Of a stretch of 64,000 bases of DNA, positions 1 to 10,010 are shown in pieces (position 1 is the first letter of the stretch; every line of letters starts with the position of its first letter). This DNA comes from Clostridiales bacterium (GTDB lineage Bacteria; Bacillota; Clostridia; Oscillospirales; CAG-272), in NCBI GenBank assembly GCA_012514145.1, contig JAAZAV010000033.1:8153-72152 (forward strand), in the 5' to 3' direction. The notes under the pieces were generated by a model. It made no database searches. It saw nothing but the letters and a program-made list of their open reading frames with translations, and had not been told where the DNA came from. A program made the translations under genes and the position numbers.

Positions 1-1637
1 CGATGCCGGTGTAATACATAACAGTGGAGGCGGTGCCGGGCGTGGGATAGAAATCCTGAACCTGCTGAGGGTCGAGACGCTGTGAGTTGAGATATTCGGC
101 CAGCGAAATCGCGTCGTTGAGCGTCGAGCCGGGATGCCCCGAGATGAGGTAGGGCACAAGATACTGCTCCAGTCCGCATTCGGCGCTGAGCTCGTAAAAG
201 CGGCGGCGGAAGCGGTCGTAGACCGAAATGTCGGGCTTGCCCATTATTTTCAGCACATCTGGGGAACAGTGCTCGGGCGCCACCTTAAGCTGCCCGCTGA
301 CATGATTGCCGACAAGCTGACGGAAAAGCGTCTCGCTCTTGTCGAGCAGCAGATAGTCGAACCGTATGCCCGAGCGCACGAACACCTTCTTCACCCCGTC
401 AATCTCGGCTATGCGGCTGAGAATGTCGGCGTATTCGCGCTGGGCTGCCCGGGCGTCCTCAAAACTGAGATTGGGGCAGGGCTTGGGCACAAGGCATTTT
501 CTGTCCGGGCAGACCCCGTGGGTCAGCTGGCGCTTGCAGGCGGGATAGCGGAAGTTGGCCCACATCGTGGATGTAACCCTTGAAATCGGGCAGGGCGGCG
601 ATCAGTTTCGCCTCGGCTATTACGCTTTCGGCACTGCGTGAGCGGACGGTGCGCCCCTGGTGAAAGGCGAGGGCGCAGAAATTGCAGCCGCCGAAGCAGC
701 CCCGCACATGGGCTATTGAGAAGCGCACCTCCTCGATAGCCGGCACGCCTCCCTCCGCCTCGTAAGAGGGATGATAGGTCCGCGTATAGGGCAGGGCATA
801 GACCCTGTCCAGCTCCTCCCGCTCAAGAGGCGGAGAGGGGGGATTCTGCAGCACCGCCCGGTCGCCGTAAAGCTCCGCTACGGGCTTGCCGCGGATATGG
901 TCGGTCTCCCGGTACTGAATTGCGAAGGCGTCGGCATAGGCTTTTCTGTCGGCGGCTATGGTGTCGAATTCGCCGCATATGACGCAGTTTTCGGGCAGTT
1001 CGTCGCGATGGCAGGCGCATACCGTGCCGTCAAGGTCGCGCAGTTTTTTTACGGGCACGCCGCGATCGAGCAGCCGGGCTATGCGGAGGTTTGAGGTCTC
1101 GCCCATGCCGTAGGATATCAGGTCGGCGCCCGAGTCCAGCAGTATACTGCGGCGCACCTTGTCCGACCAGTAGTCGTAGTGGGCGAAGCGCCGCAGAGAC
1201 GCCTCAAGTCCGCCGATGACAATCGGAATATCGCCGTAAGCCTCCCGCACCCGGTTGCAGTAGACGATGACCGCCCGGTCGGGGCGCAGTCCGGTTTTCC
1301 CGCCGGGTGAATAGTAGTCGTAGGAGCGTGGCTTCTTTGCGGCGGTGTAGTGAGCCACCATCGAGTCGATGTTGCCGGCGCTCACAAGAAACCCCAGCCG
1401 CGGCCGCCCGAAGCGCATAAAGTCTTCGACGGATGAGACATCGGGCTGCGCAAGCACCGCCACCCGCCAGCCGTCGGCTTCAAGCACCCGGGTGATAATA
1501 GCCGCGCCGAAGGAGGGGTGGTCAACATAGGCGTCGCCCGTGATATAGACAAAATCGGGTGCGCCCCGGCCCAACTCGACCAGTTCTTCGGCTGTGACCG
1601 GCAGGTGGCGCGTTCCGGGAACGCATGTGGTTATCAT
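1..1637 (-). pseudogene. ygiQ: YgiQ-family (UPF0313) radical SAM protein, reading frame broken near base 560; C-terminal end runs off the window
   Basis: ORF 459..1637 carries the YgiQ N-terminal domain and the radical-SAM cluster VRGCFGGCNFCAL. After IHDVG it turns to junk and stops at 459. The adjacent minus frame is stop-free from ~562 to base 1 and reads ANFRYPACKRQLTHGVCPDRKC...VAPEHCSPDVLKIMGKP...SGHPGSTLNDA...DFYPTPGT, which is the normal YgiQ C-terminal half. Confidence 0.6.
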
Positions 1638-2977
1638 ATTTCTCTGAATTCCCCGTCGGTGCCGATGCAGCCGTATACCATTTTGCGGGGCGATGGCTTT
1701 TCCTCAGCCACGGTATAGGCGGAAATCAATAGTTCTTCGGCATATGGCAGCCGCTCCCGGCCGTATTCCGAGCAGATGAGCCGCGCGATGACATCGCCGC
1801 GCTTCACATATTCGCCGGTCTTGCGGAGAAATTCGATGCCCGCCAGCGGGTCTATCGAATCGCCCTTGCGTCGGCGCCCGGCGCCGAGAGCCACGCAGGC
1901 GTTCCCCGCCGTCTCGGTATCCACCGAAACCACATAGCCCTCCGCGCCGTTCCATATGACCCGACGGGATATCCCGCCCGCAAGGGAGGCTTCGAATTCG
2001 TCAAGCCGCCCGCCCTGCAGGGTTATCATCTTTTCGAAAACTTCGTATGCCCTGCCGCTGTCAAGGGCTTCCCGCGCCATACGGGAAGCGGAATTGCCGT
2101 CGGCTATTCCAGACAGCTCCACCATTTTGGCGGCAAGCGCCAGCGAAACTTCGCGGAGGTCGGGGGCGGCTTCAAGAGCCCCCCTGTCGCCCCGCAGTAT
2201 ATCCAGCGCCTCGGACACCTCGGGGGCGTTGCCGGCAAATCTGCCGAGAGGGTCGTTCATGTCGGTGATAAGCGCCGCCGTGGGCTTGCCCGCCATGTTG
2301 CCGATGACCGTCATCGCCCGCGCCAGAGCCAGCGAATCGTCAAGAGTCTTCATCAGCGCGCCGCTGCCGGTCTTCACGTCAAGGACTATCGCGTCGGAGC
2401 CGCCCGCCAGCTTCTTTGACATGATGCTTGACGCGATGAGCGGCAGACTGCCAACGGTGGCGGTGACGTCGCGCAGCGCGTAGAGCAGCTTGTCCGCCGG
2501 CGCAAGTGAGGCGGTGGCGGATGCCACGCACATGCCGGCACGGCGGACGGTATCGGCGAAACGCTCAAAATCCGGCTCGGTGTTATAGCCGGGGATGGCT
2601 TCCAGTTTGTCTATCGTGCCGCCGGTGTGACCCAGCCCCCGCCCCGACAGCTTGGCGGAATAAACCCCGCAGGCAGCGGCGCAGGGCAGGGCTATGAAGG
2701 TGGTCTTGTCGCCCACGCCGCCGGTGGAATGCTTGTCGGCTTTCAGATGCTCGATGGCGGAAAGATCATAGCGCTCCCCCGAGTCTGCCATTATCAGGGT
2801 CAGATCGGTGGTCTCGCGGTCGGTCATGCCCCGAAGATAGACAGCCATCAGCCATGCCGACGCCTGATAATCGGGGATCTCGCCCCGCACGTAGCCGCCG
2901 ATAAATGCCGCCAGTTCCTCGCGGCTGTGCTCTCTGCCGTCACGCTTGGCAGCGATGAAATCGGTCATTCCAAACAT
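1634..2977 (-). CDS. pdp: pyrimidine-nucleoside (thymidine) phosphorylase
   Basis: 447 aa. Motifs DKHSTGGVGDKTT, SGRGLGHTGGTIDKLE and a C-terminal PYNP domain. ATGA overlap with ygiQ. Confidence 0.92.
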   Translation of the reverse strand: MFGMTDFIAAKRDGREHSREELAAFIGGYVRGEIPDYQASAWLMAVYLRGMTDRETTDLTLIMADSGERYDLSAIEHLKADKHSTGGVGDKTTFIALPCAAACGVYSAKLSGRGLGHTGGTIDKLEAIPGYNTEPDFERFADTVRRAGMCVASATASLAPADKLLYALRDVTATVGSLPLIASSIMSKKLAGGSDAIVLDVKTGSGALMKTLDDSLALARAMTVIGNMAGKPTAALITDMNDPLGRFAGNAPEVSEALDILRGDRGALEAAPDLREVSLALAAKMVELSGIADGNSASRMAREALDSGRAYEVFEKMITLQGGRLDEFEASLAGGISRRVIWNGAEGYVVSVDTETAGNACVALGAGRRRKGDSIDPLAGIEFLRKTGEYVKRGDVIARLICSEYGRERLPYAEELLISAYTVAEEKPSPRKMVYGCIGTDGEFREI

Positions 2978-3104
2978 TTTTATATCCCTGTCCCGTATGT
3001 TTCGGTATATCGTTTCCGAATACCTTTCCTTATGGTCGATGGTCGCGGGTGTTGTCTCTGAAAATATCTGCGGCGTTTTGTATTGAGCCGTCCGAAAAAC
3101 ACCG

Positions 3105-3554
3105 TCAAAAACTTCTGAAAGCCTCGGGCAGCAGACCGCCCAGGGTGTAGTGCCGCATCTCGCCGCCGGCTGAAGAAATCACGGGCAGCGAATCGGGGCA
3201 GAACTCGCAGAGCGCCTGGCGGCAGATGCCGCAGGGCAGGCAGAAGTCCGAAGGGTCTTCCCCCGCCTTCCCTCCGCAGAGGAGAAGCGCCGAGAATTCC
3301 CGAAAACCCTCCGTCACGGCGGCGAAGAGAGCCGTCCGCTCGGCGCAGATGCCCGCCGGAAAGGAGGCGTTCTCCACATTGCAGCCGGTGACGGCAAAAT
3401 AAGAGCCGTCCTCTCCCCTTTCGGAACAGAGCAGGACGGCTCCCACCGCATAACCCGAATAGGGGCAGTATGCCTTTTCGCGCGCGTCCCGGGCGAGTCC
3501 GGCGAGACGCGGATACAGTTCGCTTTCGGAACAGGCGAAACGAATTACGCTCAT
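3105..3554 (-). CDS. cdd: cytidine deaminase
   Basis: 149 aa. Zinc-site motifs CAERTA and CLPCGICRQ. Sits next to pdp. Confidence 0.9.
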   Translation of the reverse strand: MSVIRFACSESELYPRLAGLARDAREKAYCPYSGYAVGAVLLCSERGEDGSYFAVTGCNVENASFPAGICAERTALFAAVTEGFREFSALLLCGGKAGEDPSDFCLPCGICRQALCEFCPDSLPVISSAGGEMRHYTLGGLLPEAFRSF

Positions 3555-3609
3555 AATTATTAAACCTCAAACGCAGACATATACATATATTTACATACAA
3601 ACGTATATG

Positions 3610-4596
3610 CTACATATCGGTGAAATCTTCGTCTATGATGCCGTCGTCCGGCACTAAAATGACCTGATTGTGCAGCCGGTTATAGCGCAGGGCGTTAAGC
3701 AGGTCGGGCAGTATGCTCTCGAAATAGCGGATATTGTAGTCGGGATTGCCGCCGGTGAAGCGATTCACCACCGAGCGCAGCAGTCCCTCCCGCTCCTCGT
3801 CGTCAAAGGGCTCCAGCAGCCGGTAAGCCACGTCACAGTCGGCGCGCCGGAGCAGCAGACTGCCGTGATCGTGGCGAAGATAGTCACAAATCAGGGCGTT
3901 GACGAAAATTGCGGAGTAGATGTTCATGAAGGCGGTCTCCACCTTCACCCGCCGCGCCTCGCAGCGTATGCCGCAGACAATGGCTATCTGATTGCCGTCA
4001 TACTCGCGGCAGAAGAGATTCTCGTCATGTAACGAGGAGACATACGCCAGAATCTGATAAATTCCCCTCAGATTCTGCACCGGCAGAGCTAAGGGATATT
4101 CAAATTTCGCGCCGATCTGAGCCGAGAAGAGCATGTTGTAATTGTCAATGGCGGCGCTGAGATCTTTGTTCAGCGTCCGGCGGTAGGAGCGGTTGGGCAC
4201 GGGCGCCATAATGCGCCGCGCCTTTACAAGCAGCGACGCCGCGTCAAGCTGGTAGTTGCGCAGTCTGCGGCAGCCGTCCTCATATAGGCGGTTGAGCGGC
4301 TCCCCGCGCAGCGCCGCCACTGCCTCCTCGGGGGTCTCCAGGGAGAGCAGCTGCGTATCCAGCACGAAAAGCACCGAGGCGGCATATACCGCCGCCGTCT
4401 CGGTCATTACAGAGGTGCTCTCGCCCCCCGACGCCCGACCGATGAGGTCCTCGATCTGCTCTTCCATCCACACCGAAATGCGGTGTGCGTCGGAATCCTG
4501 AAGCATCCCGGTGCGAAGTCCTTCGTCAAGCAGGGTCTGTGTGTAGTTGTGCCGTTTGATCCTTGACAGGTCAAGTTGGGTAAGTTCATTAGACAT
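3610..4596 (-). CDS. hypothetical protein, no recognisable catalytic motif
   Basis: 328-aa ORF with good coding character. Co-directional with and upstream of cdd/pdp. No signal peptide or TM segment. Confidence 0.7.
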   Translation of the reverse strand: MSNELTQLDLSRIKRHNYTQTLLDEGLRTGMLQDSDAHRISVWMEEQIEDLIGRASGGESTSVMTETAAVYAASVLFVLDTQLLSLETPEEAVAALRGEPLNRLYEDGCRRLRNYQLDAASLLVKARRIMAPVPNRSYRRTLNKDLSAAIDNYNMLFSAQIGAKFEYPLALPVQNLRGIYQILAYVSSLHDENLFCREYDGNQIAIVCGIRCEARRVKVETAFMNIYSAIFVNALICDYLRHDHGSLLLRRADCDVAYRLLEPFDDEEREGLLRSVVNRFTGGNPDYNIRYFESILPDLLNALRYNRLHNQVILVPDDGIIDEDFTDM

Positions 4597-4662
4597 TTTT
4601 ATTATAGTTCGGACATGCCCTCATAATCAGGCTCAATGGGGCGCGCCCGCGGATCCGCCCGC

Positions 4663-5220
4663 TTACATAACGTCGTTGCTGCCGTCGTCACTGTCATCGC
4701 TTCCATCGCTTCCGTCGCTGCCGCTTCCGGCAAAGCCGGTGGAGTAATTGTCGCTGTCGTCGATACCCACGCCGTCGCCGCGATTGATGCGGCGTATCAT
4801 TGCCTCCAGCTCGCGTCCGCGAAGCAGCTCCAGGTCGCCGAAGCAGCGGTTTTCGAAGGCGTCAAGCATTGCCTCCAGCAGCCGGTCGTCGGTGGCGGCG
4901 TCCTTCGTCTCGCTCTTAGCGTAGTAGAACATCGAGAGCAGCTCGGAGAAGGTCTCCTCGGCGTCGCTCTGGGAGATATAGCCGGTGGGTGAAAAGAGAC
5001 GGATTATCTTTGTCAGCGCCCCCGCGCCCGCTTCAAAGCGCCCGGTGTCCTTCAGCGCCTGAGCGCGGACCTCGGCGAGAGCCTTCGCCATTGGCTCGGT
5101 TATGACGATGCCCGTCTCCTCTATTTCATCGTTTACCGCCGCCAGCTCGCGCTGTACCCGAACCTCGGTCAGAGCGCCGCCGCTGCCGGTAAGGTTAAAG
5201 TTTGTAAGTGAATTGTCCAT
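4663..5220 (-). CDS. hypothetical protein with acidic Ser/Asp/Gly C-terminal tail
   Basis: ORF 4663..5256 begins at TTG. The first ATG (MDNSLTNFNL) is at 5220. The tail reads GSGSDGSDGSDDSDDGSNDVM. It is paired with 3610..4596. Confidence 0.65.
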   Translation of the reverse strand: MDNSLTNFNLTGSGGALTEVRVQRELAAVNDEIEETGIVITEPMAKALAEVRAQALKDTGRFEAGAGALTKIIRLFSPTGYISQSDAEETFSELLSMFYYAKSETKDAATDDRLLEAMLDAFENRCFGDLELLRGRELEAMIRRINRGDGVGIDDSDNYSTGFAGSGSDGSDGSDDSDDGSNDVM

Positions 5221-5249
5221 AGCTTTTCCCGAAAATCCGAAATTTGATA

Positions 5250-5278
5250 TTGACAAAAACCGGCAGATATGATATTAT
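5250..5278 (+). promoter_or_regulatory. sigma-A-like promoter upstream of the thrS leader
   Basis: TTGACA (5250-5255), 17-nt spacer, TATTAT (5273-5278). Confidence 0.4.
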
Positions 5279-5439
5279 GCCCTTATGCTTTTCATAATGG
5301 GAGAATGTTTTCGCCGTCTTTTTGGCGGACAACCGCCGATTTGTGCCGTGCCGGTAAAGCCGTACCTGTAAATTGGTAGTGCATTATACCATAAATCCCG
5401 TGAAAAGTCAAGCAAAATTTGTTTCCGGCAAGGAATACG

Positions 5440-5700
5440 CCCTCCTGAGGGTTTCGTTACAGAGAGCGGTCCCCGCGTCAGAGCGGTGAGCTGAAAGACC
5501 GTACGACGCCCGGGAACCGGTACCGCCCTTCGCCCGCCCCCGTAAAACCGAATACCAATGAGTTAAACGCCCGGGTGGAACCGTGCAGACATGCATTTAT
5601 ATGTTATGCATATAAATCATATTTATATGTGTAACATATAAATATACGCCTGTACCCCAAGCAAAGCAGTAATGCTGTTGTTTGGGGCGTTTTTGTTTTA
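5440..5700 (+). promoter_or_regulatory. T-box-like leader (Thr, ACC specifier candidate) with terminator, upstream of thrS
   Basis: AGAGAG at 5461 and GGTGAG at 5485. GAAAG-ACC-G places an ACC codon at 5498-5500. The T-box-like motif GGGTGGAACCGTG lies at 5573-5585. Hairpin 5655-5686 is followed by a T-run at 5689-5699. It sits directly 5-prime of an aminoacyl-tRNA synthetase gene. Confidence 0.5.
5595..5645. repeat. AT-rich double palindrome inside the thrS leader
   Basis: ATTTATATG (5595-5603) pairs with CATATAAAT (5609-5617). ATATTTATATG (5619-5629) pairs with CATATAAATAT (5635-5645). Confidence 0.8.
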
Positions 5701-5806
5701 TCGGCAAATCCATTCCCCCGACGGGCAAAGCTCGGCTTCAAAGAAATAAGCGTACCGCATCAATAATGCTCACACATAAATGTTCACACATAGAAAGGAC
5801 ACAGCC

Positions 5807-7696
5807 ATGACAGCATATGATTTTCTGAAAGAAAAAGACCTTATAAACCGCGCGGTTATTGCCGCCGCAATCAACGGGGAGACCGCAGACCTGACAAGAG
5901 AGGTATCGGCATCCGACGACGTGAAGCCGCTGACATTTGACGACGCCGAGGGCAGACGGGTATTCCGTCACACCGCGAGCCACATACTTGCCGCCGCCGT
6001 CAAGCGCCTCTATCCCGAGGCGAAGCTTGCCATCGGCCCGGCAATCGAAAACGGCTTCTACTACGACATAGACTCGGAGGTTTCCTTCACTCCCGAGCAC
6101 CTTGAGGATATCGAGAAGGAAATGCAGAAGATAGTCAAGGAAAATCCCCTGCTTGAACGCTTCTCGCTCACCAGGGATGAGGCGATAAAGCTCATGGAGG
6201 AGGCGGGCGAGACCTATAAGGTACTGCTTATCGCCCGGGTTCCCGAGGGCGAGGATATCACCTTCTATAAAATGGGCGAGTTTATCGACCTCTGCGCAGG
6301 CCCTCACCTCTTCTCGGCGGGAGCAGTCAAGGCGTTCAAGCTCACCGCCTGCACCGGCGCCTACTGGGAGGGCGACTCGAAGAACAAGATGCTGCAGAGA
6401 ATCTACGGCACCGCTTTCCCCTCAAAGGACGCTCTCAAAGAGCATCTTGCCGCCCTTGAAGAAGCCGCAAAGCGCGACCACAACAAGATAGGCAGGGAGC
6501 TTGAATACTTCACCACCGTTGACTATATCGGTCAGGGTCTGCCGATAATCATGCCCAAGGGCGCCCGGGTCATCCAGCTGCTCCAGCGCTGGGTGGAGGA
6601 CGAGGAACAGAAACGGGGCTGCATGCTCACCAAGACCCCAATGTTCGCAAAGCGGGAGCTTTACAAGATTTCCGGTCACTGGGAGCACTATCTTGACGGT
6701 ATGTTCGTCATGGGCGACCCCAACGATGAGACAAAGGAATGTTTCGCCCTCCGTCCCATGACCTGCCCCTTCCAGTATCAGGTGTTCCTCAACAAAAAGC
6801 GCTCCTACCGCGACCTGCCCATGCGCCTGACCGAGACATCGACCCTCTTCCGCAATGAGGATTCGGGCGAGATGCACGGTCTTATCCGCGTCCGTCAGTT
6901 CACCATCTCAGAGGGACACTACATCATACGTCCCGAGCAGCTTGAGGAGGAGTTCAAGAACTGCCTGGAGCTGGCGGAGTACTGCCTTGAGACGGTGGGT
7001 TTGCTTGAGGACTGCACCTTCCGCTTCTCCCAGTGGGATCCCGCCAACCCGAAGAACAAATACGAGGGCACTGCCGAGCAGTGGGAAGTGGCTCAGGGGC
7101 TTATGGCAAAGATTCTCGACAATTTAGGCGTGAAGTACACAATAGGCTTCGACGAGGCCGCCTTCTACGGTCCCAAGCTCGATATACAGTATAAGAACGT
7201 CTTCGGCAAGGAGGATACCCTTGTCACCATACAGATAGACATGCTGCTCGCCAAGCGCTTCGGCATGGAGTATGTGGATTCGGACAACACACTGAAGAAC
7301 CCCTACATCATCCACCGCACATCCCTTGGCTGCTATGAGCGCACGCTCGCCTATATCCTCGAGAAGTACGCCGGCGCTCTGCCCCTCTGGCTGGCTCCCG
7401 CACAGATGCGCATACTCTGCATAAACGAGACCAACAAGGGCTACTGCGCCGACATCGCCGACCGTCTCACGGCAGCCGGCTTCCGCGTGGAGAACGATCT
7501 CCGCAACGAGAAGATAGGCTACAAGATCCGCGAGGCTCAGCTGCAGAAGATACCCTATATGCTGGTAATCGGCGACAAGGAGGAGGCGGACAGGGTTATC
7601 GCCGTCCGCGACCGCAAGACCGCAAACACCGAAACCATGTCTCTGGACGACTTCATCGCCAGGTGCAGAGAGGAAGTCGACACCAAGGCGAAATAA
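5807..7696 (+). CDS. thrS: threonine--tRNA ligase
   Basis: TGS, editing, class II core and anticodon-binding domains are recognisable (FRHTASHILA, CAGPHL, RVRQFTISEGH, YGPKLD). ATG at 5807 follows GAAAGGA. The track ORF starts at 5780. Confidence 0.95.
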   Translation: MTAYDFLKEKDLINRAVIAAAINGETADLTREVSASDDVKPLTFDDAEGRRVFRHTASHILAAAVKRLYPEAKLAIGPAIENGFYYDIDSEVSFTPEHLEDIEKEMQKIVKENPLLERFSLTRDEAIKLMEEAGETYKVLLIARVPEGEDITFYKMGEFIDLCAGPHLFSAGAVKAFKLTACTGAYWEGDSKNKMLQRIYGTAFPSKDALKEHLAALEEAAKRDHNKIGRELEYFTTVDYIGQGLPIIMPKGARVIQLLQRWVEDEEQKRGCMLTKTPMFAKRELYKISGHWEHYLDGMFVMGDPNDETKECFALRPMTCPFQYQVFLNKKRSYRDLPMRLTETSTLFRNEDSGEMHGLIRVRQFTISEGHYIIRPEQLEEEFKNCLELAEYCLETVGLLEDCTFRFSQWDPANPKNKYEGTAEQWEVAQGLMAKILDNLGVKYTIGFDEAAFYGPKLDIQYKNVFGKEDTLVTIQIDMLLAKRFGMEYVDSDNTLKNPYIIHRTSLGCYERTLAYILEKYAGALPLWLAPAQMRILCINETNKGYCADIADRLTAAGFRVENDLRNEKIGYKIREAQLQKIPYMLVIGDKEEADRVIAVRDRKTANTETMSLDDFIARCREEVDTKAK

Positions 7697-7725
7697 GAAC
7701 GGAACAATTCGGACATTAATATATT

Positions 7726-8502
7726 ATGAAATTTCACATATTCGGAACCTGCGCAGGCACCGAGCCCATTCCCGGCAGGAAACACGTATCCCTGGCACTG
7801 GAGCACGAAGGGCGGCTATACTGGTTTGACGCCGGAGAGGGCTGTTCCCGCTCGGCACACCTTATGGGGCTTGACCTGCTTGCCGTCCGCGCCATATTCA
7901 TCACCCATCCCCACATGGACCATGTGGGAGGGCTGGGCAACCTCCTCTGGAACATCCGCAAGATGGTCTGGGTGAAGAAAGCCGACCCCTACGACGGAGC
8001 GGTTGACCTCATTACGCCTTCTCTGCGCTCCTGGGAGGGACTGCGCATATTGCTGGGCGAGACCGAGGGCAATTTTCGCTGCAGTTTTCAGTTAAATGTC
8101 ACCCGCACCGAGACGGGCACGGTCTGGGATAAATACGGCGTGAAGGTGGAGGCGATACCGAACACCCATCTTCCCCCGGATGCCGACGGACACCCCGTAT
8201 CCTATTCCTACCGGGTGAAATGCGGGGGCAAGACCGCCGTTCTCTCGGGCGATGTGGGCAGCTACGACGACCTGGCGCCCTTCCTTGAGGAGGGCTGTGA
8301 CGCCCTCTTCGCCGAGACCGGGCACCACGATTCCTCGACCGTCGCCGAATTTCTGAAAGAGCGGGGCTGGAATATCGGCACCCTCTGCTATATACACAAC
8401 GGCCGCGACATCCTGCGTGGGCGGGACGCGGCTATGGAAAAGCTGCTCGCGATACGCGACCGGGTGATAATCTGCGAGGACGACACCACCATAGAGATTT
8501 AG
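7726..8502 (+). CDS. MBL-fold metallo-hydrolase
   Basis: 258 aa with the HPHMDHVGG metal-binding motif. Confidence 0.8.
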   Translation: MKFHIFGTCAGTEPIPGRKHVSLALEHEGRLYWFDAGEGCSRSAHLMGLDLLAVRAIFITHPHMDHVGGLGNLLWNIRKMVWVKKADPYDGAVDLITPSLRSWEGLRILLGETEGNFRCSFQLNVTRTETGTVWDKYGVKVEAIPNTHLPPDADGHPVSYSYRVKCGGKTAVLSGDVGSYDDLAPFLEEGCDALFAETGHHDSSTVAEFLKERGWNIGTLCYIHNGRDILRGRDAAMEKLLAIRDRVIICEDDTTIEI

Positions 8503-8589
8503 CCATAGTCGGCGGAGCCGACGATTATGCCGACTCGGAAACCGAACAACACCCTCATACATCGGACCAAATGTCCGCAAAACTATGTC

Positions 8590-9960
8590 ATGCAAAAGTT
8601 AATCAGACAAAACATACGAATCCGCGCGGCGGTGCGGCTGACGGCGCTGCTGACCTGTCTCGCGCTGATGTTCGCGCTGCCGCCTTTGCCGGTGGGCGCC
8701 TACAGCTACCGTGTGCTCTCCCTGGGCGACAGCATCGCCGGCGGCTACGGGCTGAGCTCGCCCGGCACCCAACGCTACAGCGCCCTTGTCGCCGAAGCCT
8801 GGAAAGCCGAACTCACATCAAAAACGGTGAACGGCATGACGGCGGGCGATCTTCTGCTTGCCATCCGCAGCGGCGCTTACAACAATCAGCTTCAGAATGC
8901 CGATTTCGTGCTTATTAACATAGGTCTGAACGAGATCTATCTGATACTGCGCGACCTGTTCGCTGCCCACGGCAGTGATGCCGCCGGCCTGGCGGCGGCG
9001 CTCGCCGATAACAGGGAAATGACCCGTGCCGCCGGGGAACTTGCCGGCAGAATGCGAACCCTATCCACACTGCTTTATATCAAGGCTCCGGGAGCGGTGA
9101 TATGCTTCAACAGCATATTCAATCCCTATAAAGGCGTAGTCGTCAAAGACGCGGACGGAAATATCCTGCTCGACCTGGGGGCGGCGGTACAGCCCTATAT
9201 TGACATGCTGAACGGGGCGTTTCTCAGCGATTCCAAATATATTACCGTGGATATGGCAGGAGTTTTCGCCCCGGACATGCTGCCCGCTGCCTACGATCCG
9301 GCGACCGGAAGGTTCAATACCGACGTTCACCCCACCGCCGCGGGACACCGCGCCATGGCGGACGCCATTGTAGCCGCCATAATGCTTGAAATGCCCTCCG
9401 ATATCGACGGACACTGGGGAGAGATGTATGTCAAGCGCCTGCTTAAATACGGGCTGTTTGAGAACATGCTCACCTACGGCTTCCGTCCCGACACCGCCAT
9501 GACTCGGGGGGAATTCGTCACCTGTCTCGGCCGTCTGGTGGGAATCACCACCGCGAAATACAGCCTCTATGAGGTCTTTCTTGACGTCAAAAAGTCGGAC
9601 TACTGCAACCCCTATGTGACCTGGGCTTTCTGGAACGAGATAGTCCTGGGAACCGGCGGCGGCCGCTTCTCGCCGAATGATCCCATAAACCGGGAGGAAA
9701 TGGCGGTGATTCTGGAACGGATAATCAAGCTGTTCGCCCTTGAAAACAACAAGCTCGAGACATACGGCGGCTCCTTCAAAGACGCCGCCGAAATCTCCGA
9801 CTGGGCGCAGTCGTCGGTAAAGCATATCTCGCGTCTGGGCATCATGGTGGGCGATGAGGGTTCCAACTTCAACCCACTGGCAGGCATCACCCGCGCCGAG
9901 GTCGCAACCATTCTGTACAGGATGAACCAGTTCTTCTCGCTTCACAATATTATCAGATAA
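8590..9960 (+). CDS. secreted SGNH/GDSL hydrolase with three C-terminal SLH domains
   Basis: Signal peptide begins MQKLIRQNIRIRAAV...PLPVGAYS. GDSIAGGYG forms block I and DVHPTAAGH block V. SLH repeats include FKDAAEISDWAQSSVKHISRLGIMVGDEGSNFNPLAGITRAEVATILYRM. Confidence 0.8.
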   Translation: MQKLIRQNIRIRAAVRLTALLTCLALMFALPPLPVGAYSYRVLSLGDSIAGGYGLSSPGTQRYSALVAEAWKAELTSKTVNGMTAGDLLLAIRSGAYNNQLQNADFVLINIGLNEIYLILRDLFAAHGSDAAGLAAALADNREMTRAAGELAGRMRTLSTLLYIKAPGAVICFNSIFNPYKGVVVKDADGNILLDLGAAVQPYIDMLNGAFLSDSKYITVDMAGVFAPDMLPAAYDPATGRFNTDVHPTAAGHRAMADAIVAAIMLEMPSDIDGHWGEMYVKRLLKYGLFENMLTYGFRPDTAMTRGEFVTCLGRLVGITTAKYSLYEVFLDVKKSDYCNPYVTWAFWNEIVLGTGGGRFSPNDPINREEMAVILERIIKLFALENNKLETYGGSFKDAAEISDWAQSSVKHISRLGIMVGDEGSNFNPLAGITRAEVATILYRMNQFFSLHNIIR

Positions 9961-10010
9961 AATCAGATAAATACAGATCGATTCAAACACCGCGCGGGAG
10001 GCGGATAATA

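Noticed and set aside
134-583. 149-aa plus-strand ORF at the left edge.
   Set aside because: It lies antisense to the stop-free minus frame that encodes the recognisable YgiQ C-terminal half.
3309-3325. A 13-nt match (CCTCCGTCACGGC) between cdd and the GC-rich hairpin element at 17625-17640.
   Set aside because: It lies inside the cdd coding frame, where it encodes the genuine AAVTEGF segment. This is a coincidental short match, not a second copy of the element.
2980-3600. 206-aa Arg-rich minus-strand ORF overlapping cdd.
   Set aside because: It is an alternative frame of the cytidine deaminase gene. It has no motifs, while the cdd frame has the zinc-site signatures.
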